A stretch of 57,463 nt of DNA, filler included, from Sphacelaria rigidula (lineage: Eukaryota), in the NCBI GenBank assembly GCA_964200075.2. It is 6 parts of 6 records of this genome, joined end to end, with 100 filler letters (N's around TTAATTAATTAA, not from the genome) between each part and the next. Parts side by side here need not be neighbours in the genome. Positions count along the whole stretch, not along the records: positions 19,190 to 28,683 come from CAXNAA020008359.1; positions 28,784 to 38,277 come from CAXNAA020008360.1; 4 more parts are not named here. One strand, given 5' to 3'. Both the position numbers and the translations under genes were made by a program. The notes below the pieces were generated by a model. It saw only the letters and a program-made list of their open reading frames with translations, was not told where the DNA came from and ran no database searches. Shown in pieces: positions 21,294 through 33,524 of the stretch. The stretch's first letter is position 1. Every line of letters starts with the position of its first letter.

Positions 21294-24200
21294 TCTCCAT
21301 CATGCCGGGTTGCAGAAACGGAACAACCTGTAACGGCGGACGCTTGCCGGTGAACACTTTATATGGCGACGGTCTTCCCGGGTTCGCCGTAGTAGCGGAA
21401 CAATTGAACCCGTTCGCTGCCCACACCGCGGCTTCCAGTCACAGGCGCTCCATGTTCTCCCCCAGGTGAGGTATGTCGTCGAAGCGGCACTCCGGGAACA
21501 GACGTCGCGCTTCGAGACGGGCGGTATGGCCCCCCTTCATGACCCTTCAAATTGCATTTTTCACCACAGCATTGTGCTTCAGAGTGTCAGGGGCAGTGTA
21601 CTCACGACGAATCGTTGCATCGTCGCAGAATGCGCCGAAATTGTTGGAAGTGAACTCGCCCCCGTTGTCCATGCGAAAACAACCGGGGGTACCGATGGCG
21701 CTGACGTCGGCGGTGAAACGCTTCACCTTCGCCAGCGTGCCAGACATACGTGCGAGGCCATAAAACATCATGAAGCGCGGCTTGCTGTCGACACAGCCCA
21801 GCATATGGGTCGATGCGCCCAAAGTATGAGGGTGTGGACCGGTGAGGTCGAGATGCACCCTGCCAAGTACAGCCGTTGCCCTCGTTCCCAGGCTTTGCGG
21901 AATACCTGCTCTCTGTCCCTTCGCTTCCAAACACCCAGCACACGGCGCCAGTACCCCCGTCAATGAAATGCCCTGTTGTTTTGAAGTTTCTCGGAGTAAC
22001 GTCTCATGAAGGTGGGGGGGGGGAAACGTGGAAAAAAAATATGTCGGCTTCTTGCTTTGGTTTTCCAACTGAAAATGGGTGAGAGCTGAGAGTAAGAACA
22101 GCAAGGGCCGTCCCGGTTTTAGCCAAAACTCCCATTCCTTCACTCAGAAAACGCGGAAAAAAATCTGGGGGGGTGTCATCTCAAATCCAGCCATCAGGGC
22201 TTCATCCTTGAACACACTCAAGTCTGGACAATGATGCACTTGGACTGCCCGGAGGGAAGCAACACCATTCGTGGGAGCGGTTACAACACTTGCCGGTGAA
22301 GCGGACTGTACTCCAACACTTGAAGTTACCACGTTCACCGGAGGAACGGACTGGACACGAACGCTTGGGCGAGGGGTAGTTACAACGCTTGCCGGTGAAG
22401 CGGACTGTACTCCAACACTTGAAGTTACCACGTTCACCGGAGGAACGGACTGGACACGAACTCTTGGGGGAGGGGCAGTTACAGCGCTTGCCGGTGAAGC
22501 GGACTGTACTCCAACACTTGAAGTTACCACGTTCACCGGAGGAACGGACTGGACACGAACGCTTGGGGGAGGAGCAGTTACAACACTTACAGCTGGTACG
22601 GCAAGTGGGGGGTTCTCATATGTTGACGGTAAACGAGTGGCCCTTTGTGACAAAGACCGCTCATTGCGATCGAAGCGAAGCCGACCGTCAAACATATGTA
22701 CTCCTGTTTCAGTCAAGAGTGCATCATGCTTCTTCTGCACTTGGTGCAAAGAAAAAAGGTTGAAATGTATACCTTCAAGTACGTAAACGTCAGTCAATTG
22801 CACGCAAAATTCTGAGGACGCACCGACAGATGTCGGGGCGGCGGAATTTCCCATGTCGAATTTAAGCTTCAAACTCCCTACTGCTCTGATGGGGAGAATT
22901 GTTCCGTTCCCCACAATCACGTGCTCATTCCCTCTGGGGGGGGGCGAATATCAAACATACCAACCATTGACCCAGTGGTATGGTGTGAAGCACCATTATC
23001 ACTTATCCACTCCTCTGTACCATCATCCACATCAAACCCCGACCCACTCTGGTTAAGCAAAGCAACCCCCAAAGTAAAATCACCCAACTCAAAACGTGAC
23101 TCGCCTTGGGACACAGAATGTGCCATGCACAGGTGAAGCGGCGCAGAGGATGCAGCTGAACGGTTGGGCATGATGAGGTTGCTGTTCCTACTGTAGCTGG
23201 TGAGGTGTTGCAGTTGAAGTTCACCTTGCTGCGGTGATGACTGGATCTGGTTGTTGACGGCAGCTGCGGAGGATTGCGGGGGGTTGCGGGGAAATTGGAT
23301 ACAGTGCGCGTAGCCTGCACCGCTGAAGTCGCTGCTATCTTCCAACACCCACCCGTCTTCTTCCGTTCCGTTCCACTGTAGTCCGTCGTGGCTGCTCTCT
23401 TCGTACCCCCCTTGGTCACCGTAAAGTTGCACGGTGTTGACCGATCCGTAGGAATGAGTCCAAGGGGGGGCTGGTGTCCTCCGTGACGAGATTTATTCTG
23501 GGTGGGATGCGCATGATGTACCCCCGAATCGACTCGCGACGTCACCACTCTACACCATGGGCAAAAAGTATGCATGTGGCCCAGGTCGTCGAATGTGATG
23601 CATCGTTTACGGGGGTCGGCGTGGTGAATTGGGGGTTCGATGCCTACAGTGCGGTATAGACCATCAGGATAAGCTGAATATTCATATCCACCTTGCGGCG
23701 GGTCGTAGTACGGAAGTTGGCTGCCGGGGTGGGCATCCCCACCCTCGCGCCCCGAAGCACCGTACCTGTGACTAAATCCACGCCCTGCGCCCCGTCCTCC
23801 ACGTCTCGCTTGCTGCTGATGTTGCTGGGGTTGCTGGCGTTGTTGTTGCTGTTGTTGTTGCTGAGTGAGCTGCGGTGATTGAGTGAGAATCCTACCGCGT
23901 CCACTACCCCCACGACCTCCAAAACTGTCTGTACTTTGGTACTGCTGCTGGCGAACACCATTCCACGCACCACGATCACCACGACTTTCTCGTGCGTGCA
24001 TGTGTCGTTGTGCGTGGCATTCAGAGTCATCGTGATGGGTCGTATTGTGGAAATGACAAAATACATCACCCTGCTGTCGACTTATCTCACCGCCCTGTTG
24101 TCGTCCATTTTGCAGCACGTCCCCACCTTTTCCCAGTGGCAGCGACGAGCGCGTGGCCTTGTACCCCATCTTGATTCCTTCCTGCCCTACTCCTGGCCAG

Positions 24201-25585
24201 TTCCATCTCACCATGCGCCGTCATCACCTTGCGCTCCGGGGTATCTGTTGTTACTTCATCGAAAGCAAGCAATACACCACGAACGATGTCGAAGTCACTT
24301 GAAAGACGGCATATGTAGTGCCGATTCGCATCTGCATCTGATATCACGACTCCAAGCCTAGTACGTTTGTACGGTATCAATTTCGCTCTATCTAGAAACA
24401 TACGGGGGTCCTCTCCCAAGTTCATGTCGAGGGTCTGCCATGCATGTTCCAACCGTGCCTTTTCGGTGGTTGGAGAAACGGTGTAGTAGTCTACGACGTA
24501 CTTCCATCCCTCGCTGGGGTTTCCCAGTCTCACTAACTGTTGTACAAGCGGAGCGAAAGTAATTTTCTCGACTAGTATGCTCTATGCTCTGCTGGCCTTC
24601 CCCACCAACTCGGCCCCAAACCTTTCGATCAAATCCCGCTCATTATCAAAATATACCCTAATTGGAAAAGATGTGTGAAGAGCCTCTTCGCAGAACTCTT
24701 GCTTAAAGTACGCTGTTATCTGTAGCTTGAAAACCGTGAACGTCTCTCTTACTTCCTCACCACTCTTCGCCGTACCATCCCACGCTGCAATACTGTTGTG
24801 CGAACGTACGCTCAAAGTGCCAGACTCTACCATCTGGGCTTGATCCTGTGTATGCAGGCGTGCGTCTTGAACGTCTTGAAATGCTGCTGTAGTAGTCGTA
24901 GGTTGGAATCGCTGCTGGGGGGGCGTAGCTCTTGTTGCTGACGCGCGCGCTGCCAGGCTTGGATCCTCTCCCTGTGCTTGACTTTGTTGTTGCAGGTCTT
25001 GTATCTGATTCGCTTGCTCCTGCATGTATTCTATTAGTATCTCCCTGGCCGCGTCTGGGTCGGCGCCTTGCATCTTCACGATGATGTCGTTTACTTGATT
25101 TTTGAAGTCCATTTTTTATGGCTGAATAAACCCTGAGGTTGCCTGTGCGGAGCGTAGCCTAATCGCTAGCGTAAGGGCTGAATCTCTTACTCGGCGCTGG
25201 GGTCTATATGTAAGAAACGGTCGTGGAATCTCTGTTGTTGAATTGATTTCCTCGTCGATTAATGTACATATTATACTCTCCACCAAAACGTAAAAACCCA
25301 GAGAAGTGCCCTGTGAAAAAGGGAGATGGTCAATCGTGAAGAGCCATTCATGTACAAAAACAACACGTCAGAACCTAATTCCTTGGCCACGCGATTGGGC
25401 GTGTGCCTCTTCAGCGGATGCTTGCTGCAACCAACTAATCGGGTATACCCTTAATAACAGAATTGTATCTCATATTTCCCCTTCACCCATATGTCATAAT
25501 CCAACCACAATATCCATTTCCCAAGCTTCCAGGCCTGAGTACATGCATCCATCATTGAGTGTGAGTATATTCGATAATCACTGAC
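21294..25585 (-). mobile_element. Decayed Ty1/Copia retrotransposon 2 (5' region, gag, PR, IN), RT/RNase H deleted
   Basis: gag-like ORFs 25112-23003; EEWISDNGASHHTTG (PR); IVGNGTILP; FNLFSL; LHETLLRET..CAGC; VHLDLTGP..FRMDNGGEF (IN). LTR limits uncertain. Confidence 0.93.
22277..22590 (-). repeat. Three in-frame 99-bp tandem repeats within the Copia 2 polyprotein
   Basis: VRVQSVPPVNVVTSSVGVQSASPAS(A/V)VT x3; period 99 nt (22291, 22390, 22489). Confidence 0.92.
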
Positions 25586-27200
25586 CGTGGCAACACCTAC
25601 ATTTTACTCTTTACCGACCGCTTCAACCGTCATGCGTCCATGTACACAGTCACCGCTGGAGACTTCACAGCTGCGGGCACAGCTAACATCTTAGTTCACG
25701 ACAATATCAAACACAATGGTTGTCCGGAATTGCTTCTCTCCGATGATGGTTAGTAGTTTGCTCCGATTTTTCGGACGATCTGTATACGTTCCTGGGCATT
25801 CGTAAGATAGCCACGAGCGCTGACCATCCCAAAGGTAACGGTGGTATTGAAAAATTCAACCACACCATTACCCAAATGCTATCTATGGTAGTCAACGATT
25901 GTCAAAACGATTGGGACCTCCATCTTTCAAATGTCATGCTGTCTTATAACAGCTCGGTCAACGCTGCTACCTGTCTCTCTCCGAACGAGTTACATCTCAG
26001 CCGCTACCCCCGTCTGCCCATTACCGTGTTTGAGAGACACGCCTTCGATGGTCACCAAGGCTTGAATCAGGATCAGATATCCTACCATGACCTGGCGCGT
26101 GCACGCCAGCGCAAAGCTTTCACTCTCGTGCGTGAACAACACGCTATCAACGCTTTGCGCCTTGAGAAATATAATGATGCTCCCCACAATTTGATGCACA
26201 AACGCCCTACTTGAAAGGTTGGCGATTGGGTCTGGGTTTATAACAGTTTGTCGACCATCCGCCAAGGCACCAACAGAGCCGCCGACGAGACAGTCTCGAA
26301 GACTACGCTATCCCTTAACTGGACAGGGCCATTCAAGATTCTGACCGTAGGGCTCTCGCCATCATCACCTGATGGCGACCCTGTTGGTGAAAACCTTCTT
26401 TATCTCGATCTCCCTCGCGATCTTGAGGGACATGGCGCCGAATCTCGCGTCTCTGTGCGTCGTTGTAAACCTTGCACAAATCCGCATGACATTAGCGACA
26501 TGCCCAAATATCTGCCTGTCGGTCTTACGCAATGCGTGCTCAACAGCTAGTCGACCAAGTCACCGCCTGATCACATTACTACGGACGACGTGACGGAACA
26601 ACCCCTGCGCCTGGCCGTGTCCCACATATCTGGTCACTAGATCACCCGCGGTCGAGGAAGTAAGATTGCTGTCATGTACAAAATTTACTGGCAAGGTCTT
26701 TGGAGAGCGTCCTGGGGACGCGAATCCGAGCTTTAGCTGCACCGCCGAGCTGTTCTCCTGTACTGGACACAACCTCAGCAGCAACATCTTGCTAACAGCT
26801 AGTAATATCGCAACATGCGCCGCGGCGCAGCAGCACATGAACTTCAACGTGACAAAGGTTCGCGCTTTGTCGCCGATGGCTATGAACTGGTAGCCACCAA
26901 GCATTGGGGAGAAAACGTCCACGCGAAACATAATGTCCTCCCAAAAGGCGCCTACCCGTGGTACGGAGGCAGCGACAACCTCTGGTGGCTGGGCCAGACC
27001 CATTCCACAGACCTGGCTGCGCCTGACGCATACGTTCTGCGCCTCATCGATGACCCCGGACCCGTGCAGCTGAAGCTCCGCCCAGAGCTTTATATCACCA
27101 GCCCATCCGCACCACGAGGATCTTGGTGTCTTCAGCGACTCAAGTACAAAGGCCTCCGCCGCGGAATCCAACATAATATCGATCGCACACATGATACCAA
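25586..27200 (+). mobile_element. Decayed Ty3/Gypsy integrase with chromo-like and additional C-terminal domain
   Basis: RGNTYILLFTDRF, HPKGNGGIEKFNHT, WDLHL..V...YN.SV, WTGPFKIL, ISGH..TRGR...MY...WQG...SW..E. Confidence 0.9.
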
Positions 27201-28126
27201 CGCATCGCTTTCAGCTTCCACAGATCTCCTGGTTGTCGATCCACGACATTTCCCTTTTTTCTCCTCCCTCTGTCGATTAGATATTTCCCCCTGCTTTCAT
27301 CATTGGGGACACACCAGTGCCACCCACCGACTTCTTCAACAGCCTCAATCGGAGCTCCTTCGGCGCACAACAACGGACCACGAATGGAAGTTGCCTGGAG
27401 TACCTTCATCCTCGGCTACTGGAGCTTTTCGTATTCTCGCTCTTGATTTGATACAGGAGCTGGACCCCTTGCCGTCTTTGAGCTGCTCATTCCTTTCCTT
27501 CCCTCAGTCACCATGCGCTCGTCGTATGTGATTGACCTTTCGACGGTTGAGTTTGGTATCACCCACGTAGACGTTGTGTCCCTGGTGTGTCTTCCGTCTC
27601 CCCTCTTTACTTTGGCTAGCGCATCGAAGTGTTTTTGTGTTCTCCCGTTTAAGTTCGCTAGTCCGCAGCAGTATTGTGTGCTCCTGCGTCTCCAAGCGCA
27701 CTTGCACTTTTCGGTAGCAGATTATGCTTCCCTTGTTTGAGGTGTGGGAGGATCGGGCAACGGAGTGGATGTTGCCCTCCTGGTCTGGGCTTTACCTTCT
27801 CTCTCAGCCACTACGGCCGAGTGTTATTACAGCGTTTGAGTTCGCTGAGTTCGAAACCCTTGCCGTTCATGATTTTACGTGGAGTAAATCTTCGATTTTC
27901 ATTCCTTTCTGAGACTCCTTATCGCCACTGTAATAAGGGATCGTCGGGATAGGCTAGTCTCATGAGGCTATGAGGCGTTTATGAACAAATGCGGACCCGT
28001 ATAGCTGCGGGTCTGATCAGGCTTGACGAGGTCGGACGAAAAATTGATAAAATGGAACAGGTTACGGTGTAGTGCGAAAGAGGGCCACGTGCTTGGAGGA
28101 CCGCATCGGAATATGAACATCCCTAT

Positions 28127-28155
28127 GGTTAGGGTTAGGGTTAGTGTTAGGGTTG
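28127..28155 (+). repeat. Interstitial telomere-like (TTAGGG)n
   Basis: GGTTAGGGTTAGGGTTAGTGTTAGGGTTG; degenerate complementary tract at 31811-31834. Confidence 0.7.
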
Positions 28156-28545
28156 AGGTCAGAGGCGTGGTCCCTGCAGGGAATGACCCGATTGGTTTTG
28201 AAAAGAGTCGATCCTGAGGTGTCCTGGACTACGACGCGGTCCTCTAAGTACGCGGTCCTCTCACGCATTACAACGGGTTAAAAGCATCTTCCGCCGTTTC
28301 CTCGCTAAGCGGAGCCAACTGCTAAGCATTGCTATAGCCGATGAGCACCGTGAAAAAGCATTGGACAGAGCGATAATGAATACGAGTGAACAAGAATCTT
28401 TTGTATCAAGTGGATATAGCTCACTGCGTGAAGCTATTGAGGTATGAACTGTTTCGCACACGATTATATCTTGCGAGGACTGACCCTGCCAGGACTGTCA
28501 GACTTGACCCCCGTGCACACAGAGGTGCGCGTTTCACAACCGAGC

Positions 28546-28683
28546 AATGCTACGGTAGGGGTACACTATTTTCGCGAGATTGTGTCTAGTTCAGGGGCTC
28601 CTAACGATTCAAGATGCACAAAAATATGAGTCAGGACATCCCCGTTTGCAAATTCATTCGGGATATCCTCAGCACATTGGAGT
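28546..28683 (+). mobile_element. MITE family C, copy cut by spacer
   Basis: AATGCTACGGTAGGGGTACAC start, homologous to 53057-53304. Confidence 0.85.
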
Positions 28684-28783
28684 NNNNNNNNNNNNNNNNN
28701 NNNNNNNNNNNNNNNNNNNNNNNNNNNTTAATTAATTAANNNNNNNNNNNNNNNNNNNNNNNNNNNNNNNNNNNNNNNNNNNN

Positions 28784-29933
28784 CATTGACCATCCCGTTC
28801 TTGGCGTGCTGTGAGCAGAACTCCGCCTTCTGCCTTGCCACCAACCCGAGCGACGGTCTCGTGGAGCGGCCCACTCTGCAGCACGTCATGTCCTTGACAT
28901 TGACCATCCCGTCCTCGGCGTGCTGTGAGCAGAACTCCGCCTCCTTGCCCCCCGCCGACCCACTCGACGGTATCTTGGAGCAGCCCTCTCTGCAGCACGT
29001 CTTGTCCTTCACATTGACCATCCCGTTCTTGGCGTGCTGTGAGCAGAACTCCGCCTTCTTGCTTCCCACCAACCCAAACGACGGTATCTTGAAGCAGCCC
29101 TCTCTGCAGCACGTCTTATGCTTGACATTGACCATCCCGTCCTCGGCGTGCTGTGAGCAGAACTCCGCCCTCTTGCTTCCCGCCAACCCAAACGACGGTA
29201 TCCTGTAGCAGCCCTCCCTGCAGCACATCTTGTCCTTGACATTGACCATCCCGTTCTTGGCGTGCTGTGAGCAGAACTCCGCCTTCCTGCTTCCCACCAA
29301 CCCAAACGACGGTATCCTGTAGCAGCCCTCTCTGCAGCACGTCTTGTCCTTGACATTGACCATCCCGTCCTCGGCGTGCTGTGAGCAGAAGTCCGGCTTC
29401 TTGCTTCCCGCCAACCCAAACGACGATATCTTGGAGCAGCCCTCTCTGCAGCACATCTTATACCTGACATTGACCATCACGTTATTGGCGTGCTGTGAGC
29501 AGAACTGCGCCTTCTTGCTTTCTGCCAACCCAAACGACGGTATCTTGAAGCAGCCCTCTCTGCAGCACGTCTTATGCCTGACATTGACCATCCCGTCCTC
29601 GGAGTGCTCTGAGCAGAACTGCGCCTTCTTACTTCCCGCCGACCCAAACGATGGTCTCCTGAAGCAGCCCTCTCTGCAGCACGTCTTACCCTTGACATTC
29701 ACCATCGAATCCTCGGCGTGCTGTGAGCAGAACTCCGCCTTCTTGCTTCCCGCCAACCCAAACGACGGTATCTTGAAGCAGCCCTCCCTGCAGCACGTCT
29801 TATGCCTGATATTGACCATCCCGTCCTCGGCGTGCTGTGAGCAGCACTCCGCCTTCCTGCTTCCCGGTAACCCAAACGACGGTATTTTGAGGCAGCCCTC
29901 CCTGCAGCACGTCTTGTCCTTGACATTCACCAT
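28784..29933 (-). CDS. EsV-1-7 cysteine-rich repeat protein (10 tandem 38-aa repeats; 3' end cut by spacer)
   Basis: Unit MVNVKDKTCCREGCxxIPSFGLAGSKKAEFCSQHAEDG fits C-X4-C-X16-C-X2-H-X12; 114-nt period; no stops or indels. Confidence 0.93.
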
Positions 29934-30112
29934 CCTGTCCTCGGCGTGCTGAGCAGCACTCCACCTTCCTGCAATCGTAAGGCTCTCAGCCTCGTACAGT
30001 ATCCAACGACGGCCATTCCAAATAACACTTACTGCTGGGGTTCCCCTGCGCTATTATTCCGGCGCTTCACCTGATGACAGTGTAAAAATTGAAAAAAATA
30101 TAGTATCATGCA

Positions 30113-31140
30113 CCTGTGGTCAGTATCCAGTACCACAGAGATCGCCCTGCATGTCAGCGCGGCAGGTCAACGGTATGAGCAGGCGGCCAACTTTGTCTAC
30201 CTTCGTGCTGCCAGCATGGATGCGAACGTTTCCATCGAAATCAACCGCCGCATCAGCGAGGCGTGGGCACGTCTCCGAAAGTAACGTTCCCCACTCTACG
30301 ACCAAATCAACGCCCAGCTATACTCGAAAGTTCGGCTACTCAAAGCGAAGGTGGCGGAGGGCATTTCGCATGGATGTACCACATGGACCGTACGTTCCGA
30401 GGACTTCGACAGTCTGCGCACTGCCCATCACAAGCTTTCGCTACACGTGGTTGGATTCTGCAGGGAAAATCGAACGGGCTGCAAGACTCTTCCGTACAGA
30501 GTTGTGCCCGACATGAGCAACTGCGAACGTACCGAAGCGTCAACTGTGGCTCGCGGGAGATCCTGCAGAGGAAAACGCGCCTTCCCCAACGCATCATGGA
30601 CTTTCAGCCGCACAAGGGCCTACGGAGGCCGGCTGCCCCCCCCCCAAACACTATGAGGACAACCTCCGGGAGATACTCACGTGCACTGGGAGCTCTACCA
30701 CGCATATGAGCGCGACAGAAATGGTTCGTCTACGGTGTAGAGGTCAATAATGCGCACGATTTGGTCACTGCGGCGAAGGCAAACGGCATGTTGGAGTCGA
30801 GAAAGGAGCGGAAGAGTTCGAGGACACGTGGCGACGCGAAGACAAACGAGAATTGGACCGCCGTCATAAACGGGGCCTGGTGCGTCGTGGGCCGCCGATT
30901 GGACAACAACCCTCGCTAGCACCGTAAGAGCAACAGCTGCGACGAATACAAGATGGAAAGGACCGAGCGAGTTGCCCGCTTCGTACCTGACCAGGGATGA
31001 ATATGAGAAATTGGGTAAGCGTGGAAACCGATGTACCCCTGTTTGCTCTGGTGGTTATCGATTTTGTCTTCGGTCGGTGGTTTTGAGGTGCTCCCTGGTG
31101 CGTTTTTTTGTATTTGTTTTACTGTACGGTATCTGAGAAG
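30113..31140 (+). mobile_element. 5'-truncated RTE-like LINE (family D), copy 1
   Basis: FVYL..., EINRRISEAWARL, LYD...KVRLLKA.V.E...GC.TWT..EDFDSLRTAHHKL; homologous to 33525-34800. Confidence 0.85.
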
Positions 31141-33524
31141 TTTCATCACCTCTGCAGTCCTTTTCTTTGTTCCCTTTTTTTTTCCGCATCCCTCTCTCTG
31201 AATATTATTCTAATCCATGATGTTCCTCCGCACATGGCATTCCTGCACGCAGATGTGACAGTTATGACGCCTGACAGCGCGGAATTTCTCCGCACCTCGG
31301 CGCACCACGTGCCAGTATTTGGTTCGTTTGTTTTTACCCTCTCGTCTTTTTCCGGGAATTTGCTCTTTCTTCCGCGGAATGCACTCTGGGACCAGTGATT
31401 CCCCCAGCCACCAGAACCTAACGTTTCACTACCGGAATTAACGCAACCTATTTCCGTCGTACTTTTCACTTCTTTCTCCCCCTTGTAACTTAACGCGCGA
31501 AACCTCCGACACCAGTGACGTGTCGAGCCGTTTGAAGTTCTCCTTATGGAAATATAACGCACCCTATTTCCCCGGCACCAGTGACTTACTCTTCACCAGC
31601 CAAGCCAACGTAACCTGTCACTTCGGTGCCAGTGACGTTTTCAGCTGTTTGACCCCCCTTTCGTGCCAGTGACCACCACTGTTCATTTTTACTCGAAACA
31701 TACCTGAAAATAATGCCTATTCAACAAGAGGTGGCCAAAGGACTTGATTTAGTCATCGGGTCCTCTCTCCATAATATCCAAATCTTTGACAGACTGACCC
31801 AACTACACTCTAACCCTAACCCCAACCGTAACCCGCCGATGGATGCAGATCGTTAACACTCCGGCACCGAGAGTAATATATGGCTATCATAGTCACAGGG
31901 TGCTTTGTCCTATGACGACAATCCAAACCCTTCAACCGCCGGAGGTGTCCGTTCGTGGAATTAGCTTCATTCTCAGGCATTTTCAAGTAAAAATGATCCC
32001 GATTCGACAAATGAATTCGAACCCTCCAACAAATGTACAAGTCCGGTGATCAAAGGCTCAATTTCGTCATTCTCTGTCTTCACAACATCTAGGTCTTTTG
32101 TGGACTGACCCGGATGCACTTCCCTAATCCCGACCGAAACCCGACGAAAGAAGACAGTGAACGCTCGGGCAGCCAGGGTGTTCCATGGCTCCCCGTAGGC
32201 ACAGAGTGCTTCGTCGCACGGCGTAGATTCAAACCCTCCGAGAGTAGGTCATTTGTAGAATCAGCATCACCCTTAGACCGCGAGGGTAGCCCACCTGGAT
32301 CAGGCACACTTTTCCCAATTGAAAATGATGCCGGTTCAACAAATTACCGTAGACCGCGGGGGTAGTCCACCTGGATCGTGCATAATGTTCTTCACGTGAG
32401 ATTGGTGCTGATTGAACAGATGACCTCCTCTCGCCGTCTAAGGGTCCACGGGATTTTTTTCCAGGCTTTCAGACGTCTTCGGGAGAAAAACTCTCTCGCT
32501 GAGACCATCTTTTAGGGCAGTCACCGATCTCGATTTTTACGCAGGACAGGGGACAATAAATCGGACAACATATTTTTCAACCTCGATCTGCGCCTTCTCG
32601 TCGTAGAAAACATCGCCGCGTCACGATTTCAGGACGATTTCCCCCCGCAAAATAGGGGGGAAGTGAGCCCTCCCCCCCCCCCCTCCATTACGAGGTGACG
32701 TACGTATATTGACGTACAATGGTAGCGTTTGATATTTTTGCAACCGCAGTAGAAGACAATCCCGTGACAGCACAGTGCGTGCCTGCCCGCGCCAGCTGCT
32801 GAAGTACCTTTGCACGGGGTTAAACAAGCGGATAGTAAGTGTTGACGTCGTACCGTGCGGCGATGGTAATATTTGATGCTGCACGACGCTGCCATATTTA
32901 CCAACATAGCGAACGGTACTGTACCATTCAAGTCTGTTGTCGCTGTACTTGCAGGGTGATGTATGGAACTGCACTACTGCACTGTTCTCGCTCGCAGTTT
33001 GTTCACTGTTGTCGTAATACCGACTGTGCCGTCATGTATTACCATACGGAATTATCATGTACTGAATGATGGAGTGTCCTGCACTGCATTCTTCTAGGGT
33101 ACCACGCAACATAGTTTTAGAACAGGAATCATCCATAACTTGAGCACAAATCCATGGTTATTAGACCGAGAAACAGCTAAACGTGGTTTACTCTTGTACG
33201 TTTGATTTATGTTTCCTCTCGTTTCTTCATGATGTATTATTTTCCTGATTTTCCTACTACGACACGGTACTCATTTCACCGTCTGTCTGCTCTTCGGCGT
33301 CATGCACGAGTACGCGATACCCCACTCATTCAGAAAATGACCGACTGTCAGCGTGCAGAACTATTTCCAATCAGTGATACCATAAAGCGGTCTCCCTGAT
33401 CTTGAGCCCGCAAATATGAGTTCTCTCGATTTCTATCGTTGCCATAAAAGTCGGTCTAAAAAGTAGGACAGCATATTTTGTAACCAGGTCAAGGAATAGA
33501 ACAAATCAAGACTGACTGCATATT

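Noticed and set aside
28786..29952. Long + strand ORFs over the EsV-1-7 array
   Set aside because: Antisense by-product of a tandem repeat with few stops.
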